Counted from the whole stretch's first letter, positions 23,716 through 36,625 are shown. The stretch is DNA of 62,937 nucleotides, filler included, from Chiloscyllium plagiosum (GCF_004010195.1; 5 parts of one record of this genome joined end to end with filler, not necessarily neighbours in it); one strand, 5' to 3'. Numbers and translations: made by a program. The notes: generated from the letters alone by a model not told the origin.

Positions 23716-24319
23716 TGCTCTGGAATTCTTTATTTAAACCTCCCTGCCTCTCCCTTTCCCCCTTTTCTTTTATAATCTTAAATTTTTTTCTGCCCAATAA
23801 TTGCTTCTTTGACTTGGTTGTCACTGTTTTCATTATGACTCTGTGAAGCACTTCTGAATAATTCTCTGCATTAAAGTTACTACTCTTGTTGTATTAGTTA
23901 ATGCAGCTATTGCAAAGATATTTCATGCATAGAATCATTTTATTCATTGATGTTCAATATAATTGCAATTCATTTTCTTTCTCTGCAATGTTGTGAAATA
24001 TATATTAATGGAATGGCAGAAATTTTTAAAAAGATAAAGCATTCATTTGAGCACAATTACCTTCAAGCCATGTTTAAACCTTGCTGCTTCAGCCGTAAAT
24101 ACTGGCAGTATTGTCCTGAATTCTTCAAATCATTCGTGCAAGAAATATGAAATTCGAAATTAGTTTTATATCAAATATTTGTGAATTAATGCTTACTGAT
24201 TGGGTTGTAGTCACCTAGCTTCTACGTTAATAAAAACGTGAACACTTTAAATTCCAAATGAGCTAATGTATTGATTAAAATAGTGAATAAAACAGTTTCA
24301 TACATATCAATATTCAATG

Positions 24320-25007
24320 AACCTCATTTTAGTCTAATGTTTCTCAAGCAGTAGAACACAAGTTTAGTCCCAAGACAGTCAATGAATTGAAGAGCTGATG
24401 ACGGGAACACCTCAATAAAAGTGTAATGACAGGCAGGCAGCTGTCGGAGTTTGCAAGTGGAATATCTGACAGTAAGGTCTTGCAGTGTGCACAGTTGTCC
24501 TGATTATAATAACCAATTAGTTGTTGTCTATCATGACAGTCTGCAAACATTAACACATTGAAGAAGGAATTAAGCAAAAAAAACAGGAAACCTTTTTAAG
24601 TGCAGAAAATCCATACACCTAATTGTCAATAGTGAAGAACAGTAAGGAGTACTCACACTGTCTATTCCACTTAACCAGGGAGGAATGATGATAAGTGCTA
24701 ACGGATAGGAATAAAGATAAAGAAAAAATATGGGAGGGAGAAGGTTTCAAAATAGCTCATGTTCATGTTGTCAATTAGGCAGATTTACTTTATGGTTGCA
24801 GTGACATTTGGGTAACCTAATGTTGTATAAGTTAATGATTCTCGGAGTTAGCAATTGCATTATTCTTAGGTGCAGAAGTAGTCTGGCTTGAGGTCCCAAT
24901 GGAGTCAAATGTGTCATGCCTGTACCTGGTAGCCTTAGTAATTCTATCTAACTTGCCAATATAACTCATAGCGATGAACTACATCTTGGTAAGATACATG
25001 CTTGTCC
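24320..25007 (-). pseudogene. Two nesprin-like pseudo-exons
   Basis: From 25007 down: DKHVSYQDV/IAMSYIGKLDRIN (~DKLPSRHAISEVMSWISLMENVI). From 24540 down, after a tttgcag acceptor: TVMIDNN*LVIII..SALQFIDCLG (~FKIDINCKQLTV..KTDFAEQLG). Confidence 0.6.
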
Positions 25008-25259
25008 CTGTTAGACTCATTAGTAGCTCATCAACTATAACTATTAAACAAACACACCTTCAGACCCAGTATTGAAAGGAAGATTGTTGAGAGCACATTA
25101 CCCTGACCATTACCAGGTAGTGATCAGTCCCACAATACATATAACATGGTGATCAATAATGGGATCATTGTTTAAATAAATGAATATTTGTTTCTGATAA
25201 AAATACACATATTTTACATTTTTATATTTCATACCTGAACATAACATACTTAGTAATAG

Positions 25260-26220
25260 GGAAGAAAATGTTTATGACCCAGAGGAAAATATTTTCAGAA
25301 GACACATGTTCATCACTTTGACGATATTACCATTTCAAGCACACTTGGAAAGTCTGCAGCTACAAATCTTGAGGAGACAAAATAGGCATAGTATTCATGA
25401 AAGAAACAACAAGGCAAAAACAGTACTCCTGGTCAAAATCTCCACCTTCAAACTGGTAAATGACATGAGAAATGCAGTGTGGATGAATAAGAGGGTGAAA
25501 AGACATGTCACTCCTTGCAATTACAGAGTAATTATTGAAGAAGAATCTGCAGGGGTGCTTGATGTGCAGCTGGGAAGCAACATTTTCGAGATCCATGAAT
25601 AGCATTAAAAATCTTTGGAGGCATGGGGAAGGATAGAGTTAAATGAGGAGCACTAAACAAGCACGATGAACACCCCAATCGTGGTGAACAGGCACCATAA
25701 GAAACAGTTACATTAGTAATGTCAATGCTCATTCACTGAATTAATACCAACAGCATGAAGAACATGGTGGAGTAGACTTATGTTGACAAAAGTGGAAGTT
25801 AAAAAACTTAGTAGATGGAGGCTGACAAAAGAAGGTAGAAGAATTCATAAGACTGTTAAAAAATTGTTGGATACATAACTTAAATGGTGGATTTGGTAAG
25901 AAAACATTTTGAGGCAACATCTGCAGAAATTTATTTGGCAAATTGTGGAAAAGAACATGCATTAAAAACTCATCAATGAAAAGTGGGAAGGTGTTTCTTT
26001 TGCTACAAAGAAGCAAGAAAACTCCATCCACACCGCACAAGGTGCAAAGCATCAATTTTGCCTGCAAGAGGGAGGAAACTACTACTTTAACTGTAAAAAC
26101 AAGTTGTGAAACCACAGCAAATCATAGGAGATACACATTGTTCAATGACACAATTTAAAGTTTCAAGTGATGAAAAGTACTGCGGCCATGATAAAGGATC
26201 AGAGGCCCCATTGAAGCTTA
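25260..26220 (+). mobile_element. Degenerate piggyBac-like transposase remnant
   Basis: Across frames: HVHHFDD (~H.VYFDN), *YQQHEEHGGVDLC*Q (~YN..MGGVD..DQ), KNCWI (~NAWI) and a C-terminal GRCFFCYKE...FCLQ Cys-rich domain. Confidence 0.55.
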
Positions 26221-26224
26221 CCCA

Positions 26225-28246
26225 GGAGTGGGGTCAGTGCTGTTCCTGTGGGAGATGGGGAAGGGGGTCAGTGCTGTCCCTGTGAGGGACAGGGAGTGGG
26301 GTCAGTGCTGCTCCTGTGGGGGAACGGGGAGTGGGGTCAGTGCTGTTCCAGTGGGGGACGGGGAGTGGGGTCAGTGTTGTTCCTATGGGAGATGGAGAGT
26401 GGGGTCAGTGCTGTTCCTGTAGGGACAGGGAGTGGGGTCAGTGCTGTTCCTGTGGGGGATGGAGAGTGGGGTCAGAGCAGTTCCTGTGGGAGAAAGGGAG
26501 TGCTGTCAGTGCTGTTGCTGTGGGGGATGGAGAGTCGGATCAATGCTGTTCCTGTGGGAGATGGGGAGTGGGTCAATGCTGTTCCTGTGGGGGATGGAGA
26601 GTAGGGTCAGTGCTGTTCCTATGGGAGACAGGGAGTGGGGTCAGTGCAGTTCCTATGGGAGATGGGGAGTGTGGTCAGTGCTGTTCCTGTGGGGGACAGG
26701 GAGTGGGGTCAGAGCTGTTCCTGTGCAGGTTGGAGAGTGGGGTCAGCAGAGCTGTTCCTGTGCAGGTTGGAGAGTGGGGTCAGTGCTATTCCTGTGGTGG
26801 ATGTAGAGTGGGATCAGTGCTGTTCCTGTGGTGGATGGAGAGTGGGGTCAGAGCGGTTCCTATGGGAGATGGGGAGTGGGGTCAGTGCTATTCCTGTGGG
26901 GGACGGGGAGTGTGGTCAGTGCTGTTCCTGTGGTGGATGGAGAGTGGTGTCAGTGCTGTACCAGTGGGGTACACGAGAGTGGGGTCAGTGTTGATCCTAT
27001 GGGAGACGGTGAATGGGGTGAGTCCGGATTCAATGGGAGAAGCGGAGTGGATTTAGTGCTGTTCCTGTTGGGGATGCAGAGTGGGATCTGTGCTATTCCT
27101 GTGGGGGACGGGGAGTGTGGTCAGTGCTGTTCCTGTGGGGGATGGGGAGTTGGGTCAGTGCTGTTCCTGTGGGGGATGGGGAGTGGGGTCAGTGCTGTAC
27201 CAGTGGGGGACAGGAGAGTGGGGTCAGTGTTGATCCTATGGGAGACGGTGAATGGGGTGAGTCCGGATCCAATGGGAGAAGCGGAGTGGATTCAGTGCTG
27301 TTCCAGTGGGGATGCAGAGTGGGGTCAGTGCTGTTCCTGTGGTGGAGAGGGAGTGGGGTCAGTGCTATTCCTGTGGGGCATGGAAAGTGGGATCAGTGCT
27401 ATCCTGTGGGGCACGGGGAGTGGTGTCGGTGCTATTCATGTGGGGGACGGGGAGTGGGGTCAGTGCTGTTCCTGTTGGGGATGGGAATCGGGGTCAATGC
27501 TATTCCTGTGGGGCATGGGGAGTGGGATCAGTGCTGTTCCTGTGTTGGACGGAGAGTGGGGTCAGTGCTGCTCCTGTGCACGATGGGGAGTGGGGCCAGA
27601 GCTGTTCCTTTGGGGGAGAGGGAGTGGGGTCAGTGCTATTCCTGTGGGGGATGAAGAGTGGGGTCAGTGCTATTCCTGTGGGAGGCAGGGAGTAGGGTCA
27701 GTGCTGTTCCTGTGGTAGATGGAGAGTGGGGTCAGTGCTGTTCCTGTAGGGACAGGGAGTGGGGTCAGTGCTGTTCCTGTGGGGCACAGGGAGTGCTGTC
27801 AGTGCTGTTCTTGTGTTAGATGGAGAGTGGGGTCAGTGCTGTTCCTGTGGGGGATAGGGAGTGGGGTCAATGCTGTTCCTTTGGGAGATGGAGAGTGGGG
27901 TCAGTGTTCTTCCTATGGGAGATGGGGAATGGGGTCAGTGCGGTTCCAGTGGGGGACAGGGGAGTGGGGTCAGTGTTGATCATGTCGGGACAGGGAGTGG
28001 GGTCAGTGCTGTTCCTGTGGGGCACAGGGAGTGCTGTCAGTGCTGTTCTTGTGTTAGATGGAGAGTGGGGTCAGTGCTGTTCCTGTTGGGGATGGGAATC
28101 GGGGTCAATGCTATTCCTGTGGGGCATGGGGAGTGGGATCAGTGCTGTTCCTGTGTTGGACGGAGAGTGGGGTCAGTGCTGCTCCTGTGCACGATGGGGA
28201 GTGGGGCCAGAGCTGTTCCTTTGGGGGAGAGGGAGTGGGGTCAGTG
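26225..28246 (+). repeat. 34-bp G-rich minisatellite (~59 units), truncated by a gap
   Basis: Consensus GGGGAGTGGGGTCAGTGCTGTTCCTGTGGGGGAT; TCAGTG recurs at 26234, 26268 and onward; it explains all the 26-28 kb ORFs. Confidence 0.97.
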
Positions 28247-28346
28247 NNNNNNNNNNNNNNNNNNNNNNNNNNNNNNNNNNNNNNNNNNNNTTAATTAATT
28301 AANNNNNNNNNNNNNNNNNNNNNNNNNNNNNNNNNNNNNNNNNNNN
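28247..28346. other. Assembly spacer N44-TTAATTAATTAA-N44
   Basis: Identical 100-bp construct at four sites; the 12-mer gives stops in all six frames. Confidence 0.97.
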
Positions 28347-28770
28347 GGATCTTGGGAAGGAGGTAGAACCGGGCAGTGCGTGGTTCCCGGACTATGAGGT
28401 TGGAAGCTGTGGGTGGGAGATCTCCTGAGGTGATGAGGTTCTGAATGGTCTGGGAGATGATCCTAGTTTCAAACTTCCAGCTCCGCACTGTCCCCTTGAC
28501 TTGTCTGGACTTGTCCGACCTGCCTAGCTCCTTTTCCACCTATCCACTCCACCCTCTCCTCCCTGACCTATCATCTTCATCTCCTCCCCTACTCACCCAT
28601 TGTACTCTATGCTACTCTCTCTTCACACCCACCCTCCCCTAGCTTATCTCTCCACGCTTCAGGATCTCTGCCTTTATTCCTGATGAAGGGCTTTTGCCCG
28701 AAACGTCGATTTCGCTACTCGTTGGATGCTGTCTGAATTGCTGTGCTCTTCTAGCACTATTGATCCAGAC
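28347..28770 (+). mobile_element. Penelope A 3' end preceded by an inverted RT N-terminal piece
   Basis: The minus strand encodes NLITSGDLPPTASNLIVREPRTARFYLLPKI (Penelope RT; same segment at 36377-36490); the plus strand has the pyrimidine-rich 3' region and terminus. Confidence 0.85.
28678..28709 (+). ncRNA. Minimal hammerhead ribozyme motif (Penelope A)
   Basis: tc-CTGATGA-a-gggc/tttt/gccc-GAAACGTC-ga; palindromic ACGT stem III and GUC cleavage triplet. Confidence 0.8.
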
Positions 28771-29170
28771 TCAAAGAAGTGACCCTAGAGATAGTGAATG
28801 CACTGATGGTCATTGTTTAAGATTCTGCGATGAGAGAGGAATCACGTAGAAACATATAAAATCCTAACAGGGTGAGACAGTGTAAATGTTGGATGGATAT
28901 TTCTGATAACTAGAGATCCCAAAACCCGGAAACACAGTTTATGGATATGGGGTAGTCAATTTAAGATTGAGATTATGAGAAATTTCTTCATCCAGAGAGT
29001 GGTGTGCCTCTGCTGCAGGAAATCGTTAAAGATCAACCATTGAAGGTTTTCAAGAAGCAGTGAAATACATTCATAGGGATAAAGAGATCAGAAGTTATAA
29101 GGAGATAGTTTGAACAGGGTACTGAGTTGAATGATCAGTCCTGATCAAATTGAATGGTGGAGCAGGGTTG
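28771..29170 (+). mobile_element. Degenerate CR1 fragments
   Basis: LKEVTLEIVNAL, ETYKILTG and RNFFIQRVV remnants. Confidence 0.65.
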
Positions 29171-29174
29171 TATG

Positions 29175-29865
29175 ATCTCAAAGGAGCCTTCCACATCCAT
29201 CAGAGTTTCACCTGCACTTCCACACATGTCATTTATTGTATCCATTGTTCCTGATGCGGTCTCCTCTACACTAGGTGGATTGGACGCCTTCTCTCAGAGT
29301 GCTTTAGAGAATGTCTCCAGGATACCCGCACCAATCAACCCCACCACTCCATGGCCGAACATTTCAACTCCCCCTCCCACTCTGCCGAGGACATGCAGGT
29401 CCTGGGCCTGCTCCATCACCGCTCCTTCACCACCCAACACCTGGAGGAAGAACGCATTATCTTCCACCTCAGGACCCTTCAACTCCAGGGCATCAATGTG
29501 GACTTCACCAGTTTCCTCATTTCCCCTCCCCCCACCTTACCCCAGTTCCAAACTTGCAGCGCCTCACCATCCTCATGACCTGTCTCACCTGTCAATCTTC
29601 CTTCCCATCTATCCACCCCACCCTCCTCGCTGACCTATCCCCTTTATCCCCACCTCCATCCATCTATTGCACTCTCAGCTACCTTCTCCCCAGCCCCATC
29701 CCCTCCCATTTATCTCTCCATCCCCGAGGCTCCCAGCCTCATTCCTGATGAAAGGCTTTGGCCCAAAATGTCAATTTTCCTTCTCCTCAGATGCTCCCTG
29801 ACCTGCTGTGCGCTTCCAGAAATACACTCTCAACTCTGACCTCCAGCATCTGCAGACCTCACTGC
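29175..29865 (+). mobile_element. Penelope A GIY-YIG C-terminus and 3' terminus
   Basis: FTCTSTHVIYCIHC..CGLLY; AEHFNSPSHSAEDMQVLGL..LEEERIIFHLRTLQLQGINVDF. Confidence 0.9.
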
Positions 29866-29989
29866 CTCAAAGGGTTGCATGCCGTACTCCTGCCCCTACT
29901 TCCTGTGTTTCTGTATATTTTGGCAAAGATCTGATGAGTGGCAAGTTGTTCTGGGCACAGTACATAGTAAGATGGAGCAGAAATCAGAC

Positions 29990-31560
29990 CTGAGAGATGG
30001 CAGAGGGGCTAGATAGGTAGTTAATGAGATGAGTTTGATAATATATTGTGAGGGAACTCAGTCGGCCTCTGATGAAAAACCCTTCAGAAAACTCAACATA
30101 ACTCAGACTTAGCCAAAAGAAGCTTCAGCTCACTTGTGTTTCTGCATTATAACATTCCAGGTTTACAAACCATTCCGAAAGAATAAGCTCTTCAAAAATT
30201 AGGCTGACTCTCCAATATATTATTGATGGAGATGTGCACTGTCAAAAATATTATAGTTTGCTGAACAGAGGTTATCAGAAGCATGTCAATGATCCCATTG
30301 TCCCCTACTATTCAAAGAAGAACAGGGGAGTTACAATCTTTCTCTCAACCAATATAATAAAACATAATACAATAAACTTCACCTGACAAAGGAGCAGTGC
30401 TTGTGATTTCTAATAAACCTATTGACTATAACTTGGTGCTGTATGACTTCTGACAATATAATGAAAAGAACATATCTTCAATGATCCCACTGTTAAGCAC
30501 ATTTGTAAATGTTCTGAGACTACAATGTGAACCTATGATACCAACATAACCAACACAGAGGAGCAAGATAAGAAAACAGATCTATCTTGAACCCAAATAC
30601 TAACTGATGCTAAGCTAAGAAATAAAAATATAGCTTAATTTTTATGAGAGGCTTTCACGGTATTGAAAAAAAAATCCCCATCTGCTTATTGCCAGCATGA
30701 AAATCCGAAATTAGTAGGAGAATTTTGGCCATTAATTTTCATGGTCAAATTCATTAAGACTCATATTGATCTCTGAAATGAGGATTTCTTTTCCTGTTGT
30801 CAGTGAGTGATGTATGGAGGAACCTCGATTATCCCAATATCAATTATCTGAATATCGGATTATCCGAAGGAGATCCCGATAGAAACATTACATCAAAGAC
30901 ATATTTCCAACTAATCGCGTATTTTGTTTACAATGATTAAACAGGCACGGACTCCAAATGACTGACCTCCTGCCCACTCTTCCCCCACACTTTCCCTGGA
31001 GTTCAACAGAGGGATGTACCCTAAACTCCCCTTCCCCAGATAATCTCTCCAACACTGTCCTGTATAGGGTAAAGGTGGAACCTGTCAAAAGTTGCAGTAA
31101 AAAGTTGTGTGTGTGTGTGTGTATCTGTGTGTGTGTGTGTGTGTGTGTGCTATTTGGAGACTTACCCCGCAAAGGCAGCAGCAGCACCAGTAGCAGTCAC
31201 TGTTGGTGTACAGTCTGGCTACCCTGGAGAGGGGGGTGGGCGTGGACGGATGGAGGGGGGTGCACATGGTAGGTCAATGTTGGACAGGATTGGGAGCCGG
31301 GCAGGGGTTGTGGTGTTGGAAAACTCCAAGCCCCAGCGGAAAGGCATTGAATCAATTAACCGAGTAATTGATTATCCGAACGATATAGTGCCCACTATGT
31401 CGTTGGATAATCGAGGTTCTTCTGTATATTCAGGTGACCAATTCACTTTGGGTAGTTATCTTGTGCTGCCATTGTCAAACTTCATCAAATTAGTTAATTA
31501 CTTGGAGACAGATCCAATATAACTTGAAGTTAGCTTGATTGGCCCTGACACTTCTTTGGT
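29990..31560 (-). pseudogene. Nesprin-like pseudo-exons (upper one split by a Tigger-like MITE)
   Basis: KKCQGQSS*LQVILD and WQHKITTQSELV (~KRAHKRGVELEYILE..DQQELSRQLEVV). From 30260 down: ILESQPNF*RAYSFG and GRLSSLTIYYQTHLINYLSS (~HRLETILKHWTRYQSESADLIHWLQS). Confidence 0.65.
30815..31424. mobile_element. Tigger/pogo-like (Tc1-mariner) MITE
   Basis: TIRs tggaggaacctcgattatcc / ggataatcgaggttcttctg with TA on both sides (30813-30814 and 31425-31426); subterminal attatccgaa repeats; internal (TG)n. Confidence 0.85.
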
Positions 31561-32489
31561 AATTTTTTATTAAGGTAATTTGTAAATACTCAGACTGAGA
31601 TTAAAAACTGAACATTTGAAAGAGAACTGCACTCACTGTTTTTTCCAAAACATGGCATTTAATGTACGATGCAACATGTTGATCCTAAATTGCACTCAAA
31701 TAACACTCATACAAATAATAGAATATATGGATTTGGTAAGGAAATTATGTAAGCATATTAAAAAAAATTCTGCACATTATACCTGAAAATATTTATGGCA
31801 TTAAAAATAATTTGTGACTTATGAAACAGTATAGTACAAACAAGATACTACATTGAAGTGTGTGGAGTCCAAGCTGCATCAGATAATGGCAGGAATTGCT
31901 CAATAACCACATATCAGTCTAACATTGCTGAGACTTTTGTTGTGAACAAATGACTGCCTCTTATACCCTGGCAATTTTTTGAGATCACAATGACCAACTA
32001 GCAGTTTGTTATTAAAATGTAATATTGTAGTTTTCAATAAAGAACACAGTGTCATTGTAAAACACTTCAGGAAAATGGGAGAAATATGTGAAGTGTGAAG
32101 GAAAATAAATAAGTACAATACCATTTCCACTTTCTCTGTAATTCACAAATAGTTTTGAAATGAATAGAATTAAAGGAAGAAATCAGAGGCTAAAGCTATA
32201 TCAATTAGATGAATAAGACCCTGTTGCAGGAGTTGTGTTTCCTCAGTAAGATTAAATTCTAACACTGCAATTGTTTCGACCACACTAAGATAGCTAATAT
32301 ACAACAACTTCCTAAAAAAAGAAATGTGAGATGCCAAACAGTCAATAGTGGAGACTGCTACATTTTTGTCTCACTGTACTGCTATCAGATGTCAATTTAT
32401 TGTACTTCAAAACAATTCATGCTGAGAAAGCAGAAGGAGATGCTTACATTATTGAATGGGACTACAATCTAAGGCACTTTTAAAAGGGA

Positions 32490-33430
32490 AAATGATAGAC
32501 AAAGATAGTGAGCACATAGTCAGTGAGGGAGAGAGAGAAAGAAACCTGCACTGCTAACTGACACAGCAGTGAATCTGCACTGAGACTGCCTTTGCTGTTT
32601 GAATTCATATATCTCTGGATACCAGAGTGCATCTAGGAAAAATTAACAAAGAGCTAGATTCACAACTGATCTTGGAGGAGCCTGTGTGTGAGAGCTCATG
32701 GCACAGGAACAGATACGTGCACAGTTTTTAACGTGTAACCTTGCTGTAAGTCCACACTAGCAAGTAGAGTGGGTTTTTTTCTTGAAATCTATCTCTTGAT
32801 TACATGTTAAAAATATAGTCCCTAAGTACGAAGTTAACCTAAAGCACGTTTTTTTTTAAGAGCAAAATGACGGTACTATTTTCTGGGTCTGTAGATTGTG
32901 AAGGAGCAAAGATGGCCTTTAGTAGAGTGATATGCGCTCTTTATCGGATGTTGGAGTTTAGGGAGAGTTTACATGTTATTGAGATTTTTTCTGGAGCAAG
33001 TGTCTTTGGTTGCAAATCCTATCAAATTGAATGGATTGGTTGGAGCAACAGTGAGAGGAAATGAGGAATTTACAAGAGCTGGGGGGGTGTGATGAATGGC
33101 AGTTATAAGAAAGGAGAAAAGCCACATATAATCAGGTAGATGGGTTAACTCCAAGAAAGGTAGGAGAGGTAGGCAGGTAGTGCAAGAGTCTTCTGTGGCT
33201 ATCCCCATTTCCAACAAGTATGCTGTTTTGGAAAATATAGGAGGTGATGGACTCTCAGTGGACTGTCATACAGACAGCCAAGCTTCTGGTATCTAATGTA
33301 ATGAGGGGTATGCCAGGTTCCTAGCAATTGATTGTGATAGGGGACTCACCAGTCAGAGGCGCAGATAGATGCTTGTGCAGCCAGCAGTGAAACATCAGAA
33401 TGGTGTGTTGCCTCCCTGGTGATAGGATCT
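32490..33430 (+). mobile_element. CR1 5' UTR and ORF1 fragment (SGNH esterase start)
   Basis: GRQVVQESSVAIPISNKYAVLEN and IVIGDSPVRGADR..MVCCLPG. Confidence 0.8.
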
Positions 33431-34499
33431 GGTCTTGAAACCTCAATTTGAACAGAGGATGAACTCTTATTTAAATAATTCCTCTTTATTCTTGTTGTAA
33501 CTCAAAATGGTACCAGATTGTGGTAACGAAACACTTTTCACTGTATCCTCAAGATGTTTGTGTCAATAAATAATTCATTATCATCATTATCACTAATGAA
33601 ACTGATTTTAATGGTCTAAACTCAAACTTAGTCTGTCTGAACACCACTGATAAGCATGATACTGAAAGCATATTAATACTATTGAAATTTTATAACAATA
33701 GTCCTATTCTGATACATTCTTCTAAGAAATGAATTAGCTTTCTTTTGAAAAATTCTATACCTTTCTATTCATAGCTTGTGAATTAACAGTTCACCCCTCC
33801 TCTGCCTCCTACTGCATCCTTCCCTCCTCATTTGATTTCACCAATGAATGAAATAGAATCTCATATGGCTTAAAATTCAATTTCTCATCTAAACGGGAAT
33901 TAGGATCATAATAAACTATCACTGTACACTTATAGCTTTTGATTTAGGTAGCATGCAATCTTTATGCTGCCTGCCAACGATAATGGTGTGCAAAGCAGAG
34001 CTGAACATATTGTACAGTGGCTGCATGCCTTAGCATCACTGTCCAAATGGGGTCGGTTCTAGAACTACTTAAAACTTAATGGAACTACTTAAAATCAGAA
34101 TGCACCTCCAAAAAGAGGACAACATTCTGGCTTTAGCAAATGCTGGAGGAAACTGAATGAGAGTTTATGAATAAGAAATGGTTAACAAGGGCAGAGATCT
34201 ACTGGGATCAGTTGTGAAGCTCTCTGAAATGTCCAGTGGATCTCCAGCTGTTTAACTTGCAAAGTTTTTCTCACTGCATTCAGCTAGCAGTCATGAATAC
34301 AAGATAGTTACCGATAGATCCCCCAGAAAATTAAGGTGAATTCTATCTTTCTCAGAATGATGTTTGTATTCAGAACTCATTATTCTGAAAAGCGGTTGAT
34401 GATAAACAGCTAGGTTTCCCGAAAGAGATTGTGATCTATATCTTCGAGAAACAGGGAAAGGAAGATATGCCTAAAATGAAAGGCAACTTGTGTGAAATA

Positions 34500-35650
34500 T
34501 AAATATTGACACAGTTTAGTTTGTTTGAATAGTCTGTTTATCTGTTGCACATTCAATATAATTTGTGATTTTGAATGCATCTGTTCCATCTCCATCTAAT
34601 CTTCTTAGCTCTAAGAAAAAAAGTCTTAGCTACTCAAAATAACTGATGTCTTTAACTTTTTTTTGTTCCGAGTAAATGTCTCCTGCACCTTCTCTGAGGC
34701 CTTAACACCTCATTCATGCGTAGGCTTTAATGGCTTCTCTTTCTAAACCAAAAGCACTTGCAAGAGAAGTCAGATTACTTTGACAAGTCATTGTATGCAG
34801 TGTCCTTACAAATGCATTTCTCCAAACAACATGCTCTGTTAAGTGCATTGCTTGGAATTAGATATAATACTTCAGCTGAGGTCAAACTATGGCAATGATT
34901 TAACATGGTTTAGCATGGCTGTCTCACTTCTGCTCTCTATGCATCAATCTATAAAACAAAGAATGTAGCTTTTTTAACACATTTATCAGCTTTTTCTGCT
35001 ACCTTCAATCTGTTTTGTATGTACACCCACAGGTCTCTCTGTTTCAGCACACTGAGAGCATTGCTTTTTTTAAGCAATGCAATACTGTTTTTCCACAATA
35101 AATTTCCCATAGTAGCTGCTGTTTCATTTTCCACAAGGAAGTTGCTCAATGTTGTAATTTTTGGTGTTCCCAGAGTTAAAGAATGAAGAGGTGTTTCAGT
35201 GCAGGAAACAAGGCAGATTTGCCAGACACTTTCCATCGTCTCAGAAACAGCATGTTCGGACCTAATAATTTCAGTAAGTACAAAAACAGAAACAATTGGA
35301 AAGGCTCAGCAAGTCTGGCAGCATCAGTGGAGAGAAATCAGAGTTGACATTTTGAGTTCAGTAACCCTTCCTCAGAACTGGTCACTGAACCTGAAACGAT
35401 ATCTCTGATTTCTCTCCACAGATGCTGCCAGACGTACTGAGTCTTTCCAACAACTTCCGTTTTTGTTTCTGATTTCCAATGTTCTATTGCTTTTTTTTTT
35501 CAGTAAGCATGCCGGAAAAGAGCTACCATCATTGTTGTGAGGGAGGCAATCATGAAGTGTTATACCAACATTCTCAGTTCAGCTTCTAGACACGTTTCAT
35601 CATAAGGACACATGAGGCTTTGACTTTGCAAAAATCTACTGATGTGCTGA
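34500..35650 (-). pseudogene. Nesprin-like pseudo-exons (one split by a Penelope hairpin)
   Basis: ISRFLQSQSLMCPYDETCLEAE (~VEERLFVATALLPEETETCLFNQE); HSLTLG (~EDTLG); AYNDLSK..LTSLASA (~FQNDLKVLFTSLADN); ELRRLDG..NVQQINRL (~GLKEFDA..SMQELSKL). Confidence 0.7.
35279..35497. mobile_element. Penelope C fold-back insertion
   Basis: Inverted arms meeting in the hammerhead-like segment; TSD tttcagtaag (35269-35278 and 35498-35507). Confidence 0.75.
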
Positions 35651-35858
35651 GCTACAGTAATCACAATTTTAAGTTAGAAGTGGCAATATAGAACATAGAA
35701 CAGTACAGCACAGAACAGGCCCTTCAGCCCACACACATGAGGCTTTGACTTTGCAAAAATCTACTGATGTGCTGAGCTACAGTAATCACAATTTTAAGTT
35801 AGAAGTGGCAATATAGAACATAGAACAGTACAGCACAGAACAGGCCCTTCAGCCCACA
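35608..35858. repeat. Exact 125-bp tandem duplication spanning a CR1 insertion junction
   Basis: 35608-35732 is repeated from 35733. Confidence 0.9.
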
Positions 35859-36161
35859 ATGTTGTGCTGACCACTGATCCTCATGTATGCACCCTCAAAT
35901 TTCTGTGACCATATGCATGTCCAGTAGTCTCTTAAATGTCCCCAATGACCTTGCTTCCACAACTGCTGCTGGCAACGCATTCCATGCTCTCACAACTCTC
36001 TGTGTAAAGAACCCGCCTCTGACATCCCCTCTATACTTTCCTCCAACCAGCTTAAAACTATGACCCCTCGTGTTAGTCATTTCTGCCCTGGGAAATAGTC
36101 TCTGACTATCGACTCTATCTATGCCTCTCATTACCTTGTATACCTCAATTAGGTCCCCTCT
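35812..36161 (-). mobile_element. Young CR1 3' end
   Basis: Open ORF2 C-terminus MRGIDRVD..TRGHSFKL..FFTQRVVRAWNALP; tail visible as tagaacatagaa on the plus strand. Confidence 0.9.
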
Positions 36162-36261
36162 NNNNNNNNNNNNNNNNNNNNNNNNNNNNNNNNNNNNNNN
36201 NNNNNTTAATTAATTAANNNNNNNNNNNNNNNNNNNNNNNNNNNNNNNNNNNNNNNNNNNN
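36162..36261. other. Assembly spacer N44-TTAATTAATTAA-N44
   Basis: Same construct as 28247. Confidence 0.97.
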
Positions 36262-36625
36262 TATGTGGGGAGTTTCTGGACTAGGGGGGATAGGACAGTG
36301 TCGAGGTAGGTAGAGATAAGTTCAGTGGGCCAGGAGCGTGCTGAGACAATGGGTCGGCCAGGGTGGTCAGGCTTGTGGATCTTGGGAAGAAGGTAGAACC
36401 GGGCAGTGCGGGGTTCCCGGACTATGAGGTTGGAAGCTGTGGGTGGGAGATCTCCTGAGGTGATGAGGTTCTGTATGGTCTGGGAGATGATAGTTTGGTG
36501 ATGGGGGGTGGGGTCATGGTTGAGGGGGCAGCAGGAAGAGGTGTCCTCGAGTTGGCGTTTGGCTTCTCTCCACAGATGCTGCCAATCCTTCTGGGTTTTT
36601 CAGCACTTTCTGATTTTGTTTCAGA
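36262..36625 (-). mobile_element. Penelope A internal (RT N-terminal) fragment next to a family C terminus
   Basis: The minus strand encodes EPRTARFYLLPKIHKPDHPGRPIVSARS. Confidence 0.85.

Noticed and set aside
26228..28302. Long Gly/Cys/Trp/Val-rich ORFs, or a CRISPR-like array
   Set aside because: These are read-through of a stop-free 34-bp tandem repeat in all three frames; there are no unique spacers and no cas genes.
35608..35858. Exact 125-bp duplication as a biological event
   Set aside because: It shows no divergence, spans a young CR1 junction and lies near a gap, so it is probably an assembly or gap-filling artefact; reads are needed to confirm.
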